Shown: positions 1-10,465, counted from the first letter of the stretch. The stretch: 64,000 nucleotides of DNA from Ignavibacteriaceae bacterium (GCA_035478175.1 DATIJX010000031.1:2854-66853); one strand, 5' to 3'. Program-made: numbers and translations. Notes: generated by a model from the letters alone, not told the origin.

Positions 1-33
1 AACAGCATATACAAAAAATAACAGGAAATAAAT

Positions 34-588
34 ATGAAATGGTTAACAAATCTCGAACAAGCAAAAGAAGAATCAGTAAAAACAAAAAAAATAATTCTTC
101 TTCAATTTGAAATGGACGGCTGCGGCGGATGTAAAAAACTTGAAGCAACAACTTATAAGGATCAAAAAGTTATTGATGAAATTAACGAATGGTTTGTTCT
201 GCTCAAACTTGATATAATTAAAGACAGGGAGGTCAGAAGAAATCTTGGCGCTTACTGGACTCCTGCAATTTATTTTCTCGATCAGAATGGAGATTCATAT
301 TATCATTTTAATGGTTATTTGCCAGCAACAGAATTCAGAGCAATGCTTAGATTGGGAATCGCAGAAACAATTATGCCCCGCGGAAGATATGATGATATAA
401 TCAAAATCATTGAAAAAGATTTTGATGAGTTGGCTGGGACATCTTTCTATCCGAAACTTTTAGTTGCCAGAGAAACAGCCCGTTATATTAAGATAAAAGA
501 TAACTCTCAGTTGAAAAAAACATTAAAAGAAATTCAAAGTAAGCATCCCGAATCAACAGAAGCTAAAATGTATTTCTGGGGTGAATAA
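34..588 (+). CDS. thioredoxin-fold protein (DUF255/Thioredoxin_7-like), CGGC site
   Basis: 184-aa ORF. LLQFEMDGCGGCKKLE, WFVLLKLD and YWTPAIYFLDQNG follow the thioredoxin-like pattern. Confidence 0.75.
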   Translation: MKWLTNLEQAKEESVKTKKIILLQFEMDGCGGCKKLEATTYKDQKVIDEINEWFVLLKLDIIKDREVRRNLGAYWTPAIYFLDQNGDSYYHFNGYLPATEFRAMLRLGIAETIMPRGRYDDIIKIIEKDFDELAGTSFYPKLLVARETARYIKIKDNSQLKKTLKEIQSKHPESTEAKMYFWGE

Positions 589-612
589 ATTAAAAAATTA
601 TATAGGTGAAAA

Positions 613-852
613 ATGATTTCAGTAAAAGTTCTAGGAACAGGCTGCAAAAAATGCCTGGCTCTTGAAGCAAAAATAAAAGACCTCGTTGCGACAAATAACA
701 TTAATGCAACGGTAGAAAAAGTGTCAGACATAAACGAAATGATGAACTACAGCATAATGATGACTCCCGGTCTTGTCATAAATGAACAGGTAAAAAGCTT
801 TGGTATAATTCCGAAAGATGATCAAATTCTTAAATGGCTTAAAGAAAACTGA
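613..852 (+). CDS. small thioredoxin-family protein (redox-active disulfide protein 2 type)
   Basis: 79-aa ORF starting MISVKVLGTGCKKCLALE. Its size and the G-x-G-C-x-x-C N-terminus are typical of this mini-thioredoxin family. It starts 25 nt after the upstream gene. Confidence 0.8.
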   Translation: MISVKVLGTGCKKCLALEAKIKDLVATNNINATVEKVSDINEMMNYSIMMTPGLVINEQVKSFGIIPKDDQILKWLKEN

Positions 853-883
853 CATATTGTTAAACTTTTTAATTGTTGTATTG

Positions 884-965
884 TTTAATTGTCTAATTGC
901 TGAATTGCTATTAGTGCTTTATTTATTTTACAACTATTTAACAGTTAAGCAATTAAACAATTAAA
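884..965. repeat. AT-rich imperfect inverted repeat built from TAATTG-type units
   Basis: TTTAATTGTCTAATTGCTGAATTG (884-907) matches the reverse complement of CAGTTAAGCAATTAAACAATTAAA (942-965) at about 21/24 positions. It is intergenic. Confidence 0.6.
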
Positions 966-986
966 GACTTACTCAGAGGAGATAAA

Positions 987-1358
987 ATGACTAAAAGATT
1001 TATAACTATAATATTATTAGCAGTAATTGTATGCATTTCCATAAATGCCCAAACAAAAGAAGTTAAACCAAAAGTAACTTTTATAGAACTTGGTTCTGTG
1101 AACTGTATTCCATGTAAAATGATGAAGCCTGTAATGGAAGCAATCGAAAATAAATATGGTGATCAGGTAAAAGTAGTTTTTTATGATGTATGGACACAGG
1201 AACAAAAAAAGTATGCACAGCAATATAAAATCAAGTTGATCCCGACACAGGTTTTTCTTGATGAGAACGGAAAAGAATTTCATCGCCACGAAGGATTTTA
1301 TCCCGAAGCAGAGATAGATAAACTGCTGCAAGGGAAAGGATTGAAACCGAAGGGCTGA
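987..1358 (+). CDS. secreted thioredoxin-like protein, CIPC site
   Basis: The signal peptide MTKRFITIILLAVIVCISINAQ is followed by FIELGSVNCIPCKMM and LIPTQVFLDENG. A GAGGAG RBS lies upstream. Confidence 0.8.
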   Translation: MTKRFITIILLAVIVCISINAQTKEVKPKVTFIELGSVNCIPCKMMKPVMEAIENKYGDQVKVVFYDVWTQEQKKYAQQYKIKLIPTQVFLDENGKEFHRHEGFYPEAEIDKLLQGKGLKPKG

Positions 1359-1360
1359 AG

Positions 1361-1436
1361 GGTATAAAGGTATAGGGAATATGGTATAAAGGATAAATAC
1401 ATCAATATTAAACTTTATTTCCCTTATACCATATAC
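1361..1436. repeat. GGTATA-unit imperfect inverted repeat
   Basis: AATATGGTATAAAGG (1378-1392) pairs with CCCTTATACCATATAC (1421-1436). GGTATAAAGGTATAG (1361-1375) recurs as a reverse complement at 55174-55188. Confidence 0.6.
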
Positions 1437-1459
1437 CTCTGACTTAAGAAAGGAAGATA

Positions 1460-2161
1460 ATGTTAGATTCTATTTTCATAACACTTTACGAAGCAATGAT
1501 GGGAGCTGCGTGGATAGCAGTGCTCGCATCTCTTGGCTGGGGAGTTCTCAGCATCATTCTTTCACCGTGTCATCTTTCAAGCATTCCGTTAATCGTTGGC
1601 TTTATAAGTTCACAGGGAAAAATGACAGTTGGCAGAACGTTTAATATTTCACTTGTGTTTTCACTCGGCATATTAATTACAATTGCTTTGATTGGAGTTA
1701 TCACTGCATCTCTTGGAAGATTGATGGGAGATCTGGGTTCATTTGGTAATTACTTTGTCGCTGTCATCTTTTTTATTGTTGGATTGTATCTTCTCGATAT
1801 TATAAAATTTGATTGGAACAATGCCGGATTAAGAAAAACAAAATCAAAAGGATTGCTTGCTGCATTGATACTCGGTTTACTTTTCGGACTTGCACTTGGT
1901 CCTTGCACATTTGCATATATGGCTCCGGTGCTTGGAGTGGTTTTTCAAACCGCACAAACTGATTATATCTTTTCTATAATTCTGCTTGCTGCATTTGGAA
2001 TAGGACATTGTGGAGTAATTGTAGGCGCAGGGACATTAACAGGAAAAGTTCAGAAATACCTTAACTGGTCAGAAGGTTCAAAAACTATTTTGTGGATAAA
2101 AAGAATTTGCGGTGTGTTTGTAATACTTGGCGGAATCTATTTGATATATATAACGCAATAA
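1460..2161 (+). CDS. ccdA: CcdA/DsbD-family thiol:disulfide electron-transfer membrane protein
   Basis: 233-aa polytopic membrane ORF carrying the two conserved Pro-Cys motifs (LSPCHLSSIPL and LGPCTFAYMAP). Confidence 0.8.
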   Translation: MLDSIFITLYEAMMGAAWIAVLASLGWGVLSIILSPCHLSSIPLIVGFISSQGKMTVGRTFNISLVFSLGILITIALIGVITASLGRLMGDLGSFGNYFVAVIFFIVGLYLLDIIKFDWNNAGLRKTKSKGLLAALILGLLFGLALGPCTFAYMAPVLGVVFQTAQTDYIFSIILLAAFGIGHCGVIVGAGTLTGKVQKYLNWSEGSKTILWIKRICGVFVILGGIYLIYITQ

Positions 2162-2184
2162 AAATTTCTTTTCTTAACCAGATT

Positions 2185-2700
2185 ATGCAAATGAAATTAC
2201 TGATGGTTTTTTTACTGATGTTTCTTTTTGCCAGTGTAATTAATGCACAGGGCGATGCTGAAAGTAATTCCGGCAGAACTGCTCCTAACTTCAAACTTGA
2301 AAGCATAGAACGTGAATTTATTGAACTAAATGATTTTGTCGGCAAAGGTCCTGTGCTGCTTTGCTTCTGGTCTTCCTGCTGTAAATCTGCTGTTATGCAG
2401 GTAGAAGCTTTTTCTTCTCTTTATGAAAAATATAAAGACAAAGATTTTGTGATTTTGGCTATTGCAACCGATGATGAAAAGACTGTAGCGAAAGTAAAAC
2501 CATTTGTGATGATCAAAAAGTATAGTTTCCCGGTTTTATATGATACAGAAGGAACAGTCGCGAGAATGTATTATGCGTATGATATGCCATTCTATGTATT
2601 AATTGACAACCAAGGAAATATAGTTTACTCGCATCTCGGTTATATGAAAGGTGATGAGATTTTACTGGATGAGAAAATTGGAAATTTACTTTCTCAGTAA
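2185..2700 (+). CDS. TlpA/redoxin-like periplasmic thiol-disulfide oxidoreductase, non-canonical CC site
   Basis: I place the start at ATG 2185 (MQMKLLMVFLLMFLFASVINAQ signal peptide) rather than the ORF-track 2092, which overlaps ccdA. The redoxin fold pattern GKGPVLLCFWSSCCKS...ILAIATDD...YDMPFYVLIDNQGNIV is present. Confidence 0.7.
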   Translation: MQMKLLMVFLLMFLFASVINAQGDAESNSGRTAPNFKLESIEREFIELNDFVGKGPVLLCFWSSCCKSAVMQVEAFSSLYEKYKDKDFVILAIATDDEKTVAKVKPFVMIKKYSFPVLYDTEGTVARMYYAYDMPFYVLIDNQGNIVYSHLGYMKGDEILLDEKIGNLLSQ

Positions 2701-2719
2701 AATACGAATGGTACGCTGA

Positions 2720-3577
2720 TTACTTAAAACTTGAACCTGCCTGATAAACTTCCTTCGTACTCATATTCTGAATATAGACTACCGCATTTAACTTCCCCAG
2801 ATTCCAATCAGAGACAAGTACATCTTCAAATTCAAATAATAGCTCACCTCCATCAATTAACTGCCTTAACGAAATTCCATCAGTTGACGGAAGCATCAAC
2901 CGAATAACATCATAAAATTTTGTTTCACCATTGGATCCCGGAGGTTGTTGAAATTCAATGTCCTTTTCAGTAATTGCTGTATTAATAATTAAGTCGTTCA
3001 TATTTATACTGGACGAGTCAATAATTTTAATAGCAATATCAACTGAATAATCACCTTCCAGACTTGCATTGACATTTATTGAAAACCTAGGTTCAGCTGA
3101 AATCCGCGCATCAATTGCAGTTTTTATACTAATTGAATCTGAAGCGACAGGCTTTAGCATTCCATCAATTATAATTGTTGGTGCATAAAAGACGTCATAA
3201 TAGCTCATCCTGAAATCACAAATTTCTTTTGCAGCCAAGTAAAACAGATCATTTGGTGCAGGAAAGTTCACTGGAAATTTAACCACAACTAATTTACTCT
3301 TGCCATAAGTTTCGTTTGATAGTTGTCTGATTATTCTGTTGGTTATTGGACACGGATAACAGCCTACATTTGTAAAGCTCTCCATTAAAACAACTTTACC
3401 TACTGGTAAAGGAGCTGCAGAGTTATCGATTCGTACTTTAAGTGAGATGTTGCCTGTCGGAGTAACATCGGGTGAAGTCGGTGGATTTGTATTACAACTA
3501 CCGACTAAAATCATCAGTGCTGTAACGAAAACCAATAGTTTCATCAATTCTATATTGTGCTTAAGTGAAGAAAACAT
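2720..3577 (-). CDS. Omp28-like thioredoxin-fold lipoprotein
   Basis: Lipoprotein signal (LVGSCNT). VVLMESFTNVGCYPCP matches the (E)xFTGxxCxxCP start of Omp28-related proteins as I recall that family. Confidence 0.55.
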   Translation of the reverse strand: MFSSLKHNIELMKLLVFVTALMILVGSCNTNPPTSPDVTPTGNISLKVRIDNSAAPLPVGKVVLMESFTNVGCYPCPITNRIIRQLSNETYGKSKLVVVKFPVNFPAPNDLFYLAAKEICDFRMSYYDVFYAPTIIIDGMLKPVASDSISIKTAIDARISAEPRFSINVNASLEGDYSVDIAIKIIDSSSINMNDLIINTAITEKDIEFQQPPGSNGETKFYDVIRLMLPSTDGISLRQLIDGGELLFEFEDVLVSDWNLGKLNAVVYIQNMSTKEVYQAGSSFK

Positions 3578-3779
3578 ACATCAAAAAATACCTACGAATT
3601 CATTAACAACTCAAGCTATTTTGCCTCTCCCCAAAGATCGTTTTTGATTAGTCACTCTAAGTAGTTGATTTTCAATCCTAAACCAACCCGATGTTTCCAA
3701 AAGTCCATAAATGCTATTAGGCAAACGTTCTAGTCATTACATTTAGCTGTGTAAATATAAATCTCTTGCCATTTCTTCT

Positions 3780-4202
3780 ATGGTTGTGCCGATGAACAAT
3801 AAAGTAGAAAAAATACTTTCAGTTTTTTTGTGGCTTGTTGCTATTCATTCTTTTCTTGTGGGGATTGGTCTTATCGTTTTACCCTCATCAGCATTTGAAT
3901 TTCTGGAATTTGATCCAACCTTTGATAGATTTTTTTCAACTCAGGGGGGTGTCTTTCATATTGCTATGTCTGTTGGGTATGCAATGTCTGGTTATGATAA
4001 GATAAAATATGAGCAGCTCATAGTATTTACGATCATTGTAAAATTTATTGCAACAATATTTTTGATTACCTATTTCGTATTCATAGGTTCTCTATGGATG
4101 ATAATATTATCTGGTGTATCTGATTTGCTAATGGGTGTTATCGTAATGTATTTGTACAAGGCACTGATTAAAGAATCTTATTTTGATCGGGAATCCATAT
4201 GA
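3780..4202 (+). CDS. small integral membrane protein, unknown function
   Basis: 140-aa ORF with 4 hydrophobic segments. Its stop overlaps the next start (ATGA). Confidence 0.6.
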   Translation: MVVPMNNKVEKILSVFLWLVAIHSFLVGIGLIVLPSSAFEFLEFDPTFDRFFSTQGGVFHIAMSVGYAMSGYDKIKYEQLIVFTIIVKFIATIFLITYFVFIGSLWMIILSGVSDLLMGVIVMYLYKALIKESYFDRESI

Positions 4203-5851
4203 AAGAGTTACCTTCAATAGTTATAACCGGTGCAAGCGGATTTATCGGAAGTTATGTTTTAGATTATCTGAAAGAAGACTTCATAATTTTTGCAATTGCC
4301 CGTCGTTCAAGAAAAGAAGCTAATATTCCGTATCATCCGAATCTTCACTGGCTTCAGTGCGATATTTCCCATTCCACAACTCTAAATGAAGCAGCTGATT
4401 ATATTAAAAGTAATGGAGGCGCAGATTACATTATTCATCTTGCGGCATTTTATGATTTTACTTATAAGGACAATCTTGCCTATCAAATTGTCAATATTGA
4501 AGGCACGAAAAATATGCTGGAGTTTGCTTCCAAGTTGAATCCAAAGCGGTTTATCTTCGCGAGCTCACTTGCCGCCTGTAATTTTCCAACAAACGGGAAT
4601 GTGATAACCGAAAAAACTTCTCCTGATGCCAGCTATCATTACGCAGTTAGTAAGAAAGCTGGTGAGATGTTGGTTAAAGAATATTCTGATCAATTCCCTG
4701 GCTCTGTTATCAGGTTTGCAGCAGTTTACAGTGATTGGTGTGAGTTTGCACCGCTTTATAAATTCTTATGCTGCTGGCTATCAAAGAAAATTGAATCAAG
4801 AGTTATCGGTGGAAAGGGCGAATCTGCTATACCTTATATTCATATCCGGGATCTTTGTCAGATGCTGCAAATCATTATGGCTAAAACAAAAGCACTTTCT
4901 GAGTTCGATATTTACAATGCAAGTCCAAATGGTTCAACATCTCACGAGGAATTATTTCAGATTTCAACACGCTATTATTTCGGTGAAGCTATAAAACCGT
5001 TTCATTTGCCAAAATATTTAGCTTATCCTGCGCTTGTCGTGAGAAGGTTTCTAAAGATTTTTATGCTTACAACCAAAGAGCCATTCGAGCAGTTCTGGAT
5101 GATACAGTATATTGATAAAAAATTGAATGTGGATTCCTCTTATACACAATCAATTTTGGGTTGGCAGCCAACGGCGAGATATCATTTAAAAAGAAGATTA
5201 TTATTCCTGTTGGAGAAAATGAAAAGCCATCCCGATGAATGGTGTTTAAAGAATGAAGCAACTTTAAAGAGGATTACTCATAGAGCAAATCTGATGATCT
5301 ATGAAAAAATGGTTGATCAAAAAGATGTCCTGCTCACCAGAATTAATGAAATATTATTGGTTGAAAATCCTAAAGAGTTCTTCACTAAATATAAGGAAAT
5401 GCCTCTGAATGAATTTCAATGTTATACAAGTACAGTATATCATCTTTTACTAGCAACAATAAAAAGCAGCGATCGAAGTCTTCTGTTAAAATATATTGAC
5501 GATATTGCAATAAGAAGGTTTGCTGAAGGATTTGAACCATCCATATTATGCGGGACACTCAAAATATTCAGTGATGTTATCATAAATCATCTTAGCGCTT
5601 ATAAAGAAATGAGCAAGATTAAACAGGAACTATATGATAATATTGGCTTATCATTACAAATTGCCCAGGATGAAATCGAAGACTTATATGATAGTCTTGT
5701 AAAGAAAATGCCCATGGAAATGATTGCAGGATCTTCACTTTTGCCCGACTGCAAGGAGCTACAAAAGATGATTCACCAGCTAAGTGCATTCTACCAAGTA
5801 GCTCCGGAAGAATTTAATCTTTCCCCTCAGGCATTACAGGATTTAAGGTAA
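4199..5851 (+). CDS. NAD-dependent epimerase/dehydratase (extended SDR) with about 220-aa C-terminal extension
   Basis: ITGASGFIGSYV Rossmann motif and YAVSKKAGE (YxxxK). Residues from about 330 to 550 match nothing I recognise. Confidence 0.75.
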   Translation: MKELPSIVITGASGFIGSYVLDYLKEDFIIFAIARRSRKEANIPYHPNLHWLQCDISHSTTLNEAADYIKSNGGADYIIHLAAFYDFTYKDNLAYQIVNIEGTKNMLEFASKLNPKRFIFASSLAACNFPTNGNVITEKTSPDASYHYAVSKKAGEMLVKEYSDQFPGSVIRFAAVYSDWCEFAPLYKFLCCWLSKKIESRVIGGKGESAIPYIHIRDLCQMLQIIMAKTKALSEFDIYNASPNGSTSHEELFQISTRYYFGEAIKPFHLPKYLAYPALVVRRFLKIFMLTTKEPFEQFWMIQYIDKKLNVDSSYTQSILGWQPTARYHLKRRLLFLLEKMKSHPDEWCLKNEATLKRITHRANLMIYEKMVDQKDVLLTRINEILLVENPKEFFTKYKEMPLNEFQCYTSTVYHLLLATIKSSDRSLLLKYIDDIAIRRFAEGFEPSILCGTLKIFSDVIINHLSAYKEMSKIKQELYDNIGLSLQIAQDEIEDLYDSLVKKMPMEMIAGSSLLPDCKELQKMIHQLSAFYQVAPEEFNLSPQALQDLR

Positions 5852-5901
5852 ATCTTTATAAATTAATTTATCGTATACTTATTTAAAATTGATGAGCGAA
5901 T

Positions 5902-6207
5902 CTACTTGTAATAATCAACTTTGCAACCGCATCCATCCCACATTCGATTGTAGATTTCTAATCTTTGTTTGATAAACTCTTCAGCTTCTTTCTTTGTTTT
6001 CATTACTCTTACTAAATATTCATCCTTAGTACTTTTTTCCTGAAGTAGCAATTCGTGGTTGCATTCGAGCAAACGGATTTTATCTGATATGTAAGTATTC
6101 TCTTCGATAATCATTTTCGAATGTGACAGCAGCTCATTCAATTCGGGTTCACTTATCATCAAATACTTTTTCTTTTTAATAGATGATATAATTCTTTCGA
6201 GATTCAT
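5902..6207 (-). CDS. hypothetical protein
   Basis: 101-aa ORF with a charged helical composition, ending in MWDGCGCKVDYYK. No recognisable family. Confidence 0.45.
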   Translation of the reverse strand: MNLERIISSIKKKKYLMISEPELNELLSHSKMIIEENTYISDKIRLLECNHELLLQEKSTKDEYLVRVMKTKKEAEEFIKQRLEIYNRMWDGCGCKVDYYK

Positions 6208-6302
6208 AATAGTTTTTTTATTTTGATAGTTAGATGTTGAAGATGTGGATTAGTTACAATAGCTAATCTCATAAGCAGAATAAAGAAAACATATTAGCTA
6301 AT

Positions 6303-7202
6303 TTACTTTCTCAAAGCTAAGGTGTTTCCGCGTTTAACGAGTCCAACTCCAATTAGAATTAACCCGGAGGCCACAAAAACAGTTATGGTAAGCGGTTCGT
6401 TTAGAACGTACCATCCAAGTAAAATTGCGATAATGGGATTTACATATGCATAAGTTGAAACCAGCGAAAGCGGAAGATTGGTAACTGAATAAATATATGA
6501 AGCGTAGCCGAGTATTGAACCGAAAACAATAAGATAACCAAGAGCAAGCGCTCCGTTCTGAGTGAGATAAAAATTATTGTGCTCTCCAAGAATTAATCCA
6601 AGTGCAGTTTGTAGTATTCCTGCAATGAGCATTTGGATTGATGCACCCATCAATGGTCTTACATCGGTTTTTTTGTATTTCCAATATATGCTTCCGGCAG
6701 ACCAGGCAATTACAGCTCCAAGTAAACATAATCCACCCAGCAAAACGTTAAAATCCAATGCAATGTTTAAATCTCTAGCAAAAATTAATGCAACACCACC
6801 TGTGCCGAGCAGCAATCCTGCAATGATTAACAGATTAATTTTTGGTCTTTGTGGAAGAAAATATTCGATTCCAACAACCCAGAATGGAAGAGTGCTTAGG
6901 ATCAACGCAGTTAATCCGCTTGGAAGCCATTGTTCTGCAACTACTACTAATCCATTTGCGATACCAAGAAGCAGTATTCCAACTATAGCAAGATGTTTTA
7001 AATCTTTTAATGCAGGTAATTTGTACTGCCGAAGATTCAAAAGAATTGTCATCAACATACCAGCAATAATCCAGCGTAATCCTGCAAATAACATAGGAGG
7101 TAAATCTGCAACTCCGATTCTGATTGCCAGATACGTTGTTCCCCAGACAATGCAAATTGTAATCCAGGCAAGGTATGCTTTTAATCCGTATTTCTCGTGC
7201 AT
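6303..7202 (-). CDS. DMT/EamA-family transporter
   Basis: 299 aa with about 10 TM segments and the two-EamA-repeat layout. Confidence 0.85.
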   Translation of the reverse strand: MHEKYGLKAYLAWITICIVWGTTYLAIRIGVADLPPMLFAGLRWIIAGMLMTILLNLRQYKLPALKDLKHLAIVGILLLGIANGLVVVAEQWLPSGLTALILSTLPFWVVGIEYFLPQRPKINLLIIAGLLLGTGGVALIFARDLNIALDFNVLLGGLCLLGAVIAWSAGSIYWKYKKTDVRPLMGASIQMLIAGILQTALGLILGEHNNFYLTQNGALALGYLIVFGSILGYASYIYSVTNLPLSLVSTYAYVNPIIAILLGWYVLNEPLTITVFVASGLILIGVGLVKRGNTLALRK

Positions 7203-7307
7203 CTATTAAATAAAAAAAAATTATTGAGTGCAAAATTAAATTAAACTCCACAAGTAACAATTTTTTATTGATAACCGGTAATGATGTTGAAATTCAAAAT
7301 TATGAAT

Positions 7308-7450
7308 GAACTCACTCTAATCTCTCTCTTAAAAAGAGAGAGACTTATTAACAATAAAACGATAATTGATGATATTCTGACAGAATATTAATATAAGGTC
7401 ATAACATTTATGAGCCCTTCCCTTTGTAAGGGAAGGGTTGGGATGAGTTC
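7308..7450. repeat. MITE-like composite: two hairpin modules in tail-out orientation bounded by GAACTC...GAGTTC
   Basis: Left module is GAACTCACTCTAA + TCTCTCTCTT-AAA-AAGAGAGAGA (7308-7343). Right module is CCCTTCCCTT-TGT-AAGGGAAGGG + TTGGGATGAGTTC (7415-7450). The same architecture occurs at 17441-17540. Confidence 0.7.
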
Positions 7451-7636
7451 AAAAGTGATTTAAAAATATTTGAATATCTCGAGTATTGACAAGAAATTTT
7501 CCTTTTCAGAATTATTATGGGCACCACTGAAATCGATATTCATAAGGTCTGACCACCATTCATTTTCCTTCACCCTCTTGCTTTGGCTTGCTTAGCCAAG
7601 ACGAGTTCGGTAATTTTCCATTCACAAAATTTATAA

Positions 7637-8959
<1,323 letters not shown>

Positions 8960-8966
8960 TTATTAA

Positions 8967-9002
8967 GCCCGGTTGATGACGAAATCTTCCGGGCATTTTT
9001 GT
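8967..9002 (+). terminator. rho-independent terminator after eno
   Basis: GCCCGG (8967-8972) pairs with CCGGGC (8989-8994), followed by ATTTTTGT. Confidence 0.6.
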
Positions 9003-9052
9003 CTTTAATAAAAATAAAGTTAATAAATTATACTCCATAAACAGGCATACAA

Positions 9053-10435
9053 ATGAAAAACAATCATCTCCAAAACTGCAACAAAATAATAAAACAAAAC
9101 AAAATAGAATTCATCGATCTGAAAGCGATTGATTTAACCGGAAGACTTCATCACATCACGCTTCCATACTATGAAAAGATTTTAGAGAAATTAATTTCTG
9201 AAGGAGTTGGCTTCGACGGCTCAAGTTATGGCTTCAGGAAAGTTGAGAACAGTGATATGATTTTGATCCCTGATCTTGCAACAGCCAAGATAGATCCTTT
9301 CCGCGATGCTCCAACTTTAACTTTTTATTCGCACATAGTTTTAACCGATGCAAAGCGATCTCCATTTAACCAGGATGGAAGATATCTTGCTAAAAAAGCA
9401 GAGGAGCTGCTCAAGAAAACCACGGGCTGCGATCATTCCTGGTGGGGACCCGAATTTGAGTTTTATATTTTCTCGAAAGTCGAGTTCGATACAAGAACAG
9501 CATCTTCTTATTACAGAGTAGAGCACGCCGAGGAGTTTTATAAGAAAGCATACCACGCTGCAAATCCGTTTGATGAGTATGATGATTTCCGTGATGAAGC
9601 TTGCAAACTGCTGAAAGCGCAGGGAATAAACGTTAAGTATCATCACCATGAAGTAGGTGAGAGAGGTCAGCAGGAAATTGAAACATACTTCAGCACATTG
9701 CTTGATACGGCAGATAACATTGTTACAGCAAAATATATTTTGTTCAACTTTGCCAAGAAAAAAGGATTATACATTACCTTTATGCCAAAGCCGATGTACC
9801 AGCAGGCAGGCAATGGAATGCATCTCCACTTTTATTTAACTAAGAAAGGGAAGAATGCGTTTTATAAAAAAGGTGAGTACGGTAATATCAATGAACTCGG
9901 CAGATATTTTATTGGCGGAATGTTAAAGCACGGACCGGCACTTTCTGCTTTCACTAATCCAAGTACTAATTCTTATAAAAGATTAGTACCTGGTTTCGAA
10001 GCTCCTGTTGCATTAACATACGGACAGGGTAATCGTGCTTCAGCCATAAGAATTCCTAAATACATTTCTAATCCTGATGAAACAAGATTTGAGTATCGTC
10101 CGCCGGATGCAACTGCAAATCCTTACCTGTGCACCGTTGCAATGCTTCTTGCCGGAATAGATGGAGTAGTAAATAAGATTGATCCTGTGAAAGAAGGATT
10201 CGGACCGATTGACAAAAACTTTTTATCAGAAGATTACAAAGGTAAAGTGCATTTCCTTCCAAGAAATCTTGCCGAAGCATTGGATGCCTTAGAAGCCGAT
10301 AATGATTTTCTCCATCGCGGCGGAATTTTCACTGATGAGCTAATTGATCAATGGGTAAACATAAAAGATGAAGAGATTCATTCCATAGGTACAATGCCTC
10401 ATCCGTTTGAGTATAAGATGTATTTTAACCTCTGA
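9053..10435 (+). CDS. glnA: glutamine synthetase
   Basis: 460 aa. GFDGSS, EFEFYIF, HHHEVG..GQQEI, NGMHLHF and NSYKRLVPGFEAP are glutamine synthetase hallmarks. Confidence 0.9.
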   Translation: MKNNHLQNCNKIIKQNKIEFIDLKAIDLTGRLHHITLPYYEKILEKLISEGVGFDGSSYGFRKVENSDMILIPDLATAKIDPFRDAPTLTFYSHIVLTDAKRSPFNQDGRYLAKKAEELLKKTTGCDHSWWGPEFEFYIFSKVEFDTRTASSYYRVEHAEEFYKKAYHAANPFDEYDDFRDEACKLLKAQGINVKYHHHEVGERGQQEIETYFSTLLDTADNIVTAKYILFNFAKKKGLYITFMPKPMYQQAGNGMHLHFYLTKKGKNAFYKKGEYGNINELGRYFIGGMLKHGPALSAFTNPSTNSYKRLVPGFEAPVALTYGQGNRASAIRIPKYISNPDETRFEYRPPDATANPYLCTVAMLLAGIDGVVNKIDPVKEGFGPIDKNFLSEDYKGKVHFLPRNLAEALDALEADNDFLHRGGIFTDELIDQWVNIKDEEIHSIGTMPHPFEYKMYFNL

Positions 10436-10465
10436 GTTTAATAACTTCAATATTTCTGCAATAAA

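Noticed and set aside
4626-4994. 122-aa alternative-frame ORF inside the SDR gene
   Set aside because: It is on the same strand and nested in a gene with clear SDR motifs, and it has no support of its own.
6577-7209. 210-aa plus-strand ORF, and a 141-aa minus-strand ORF at 6835-7260
   Set aside because: Both lie entirely within or overlap the DMT transporter gene in other frames. Their composition is low-complexity (P/S/N/I-rich) with no motifs, so they are shadow ORFs.
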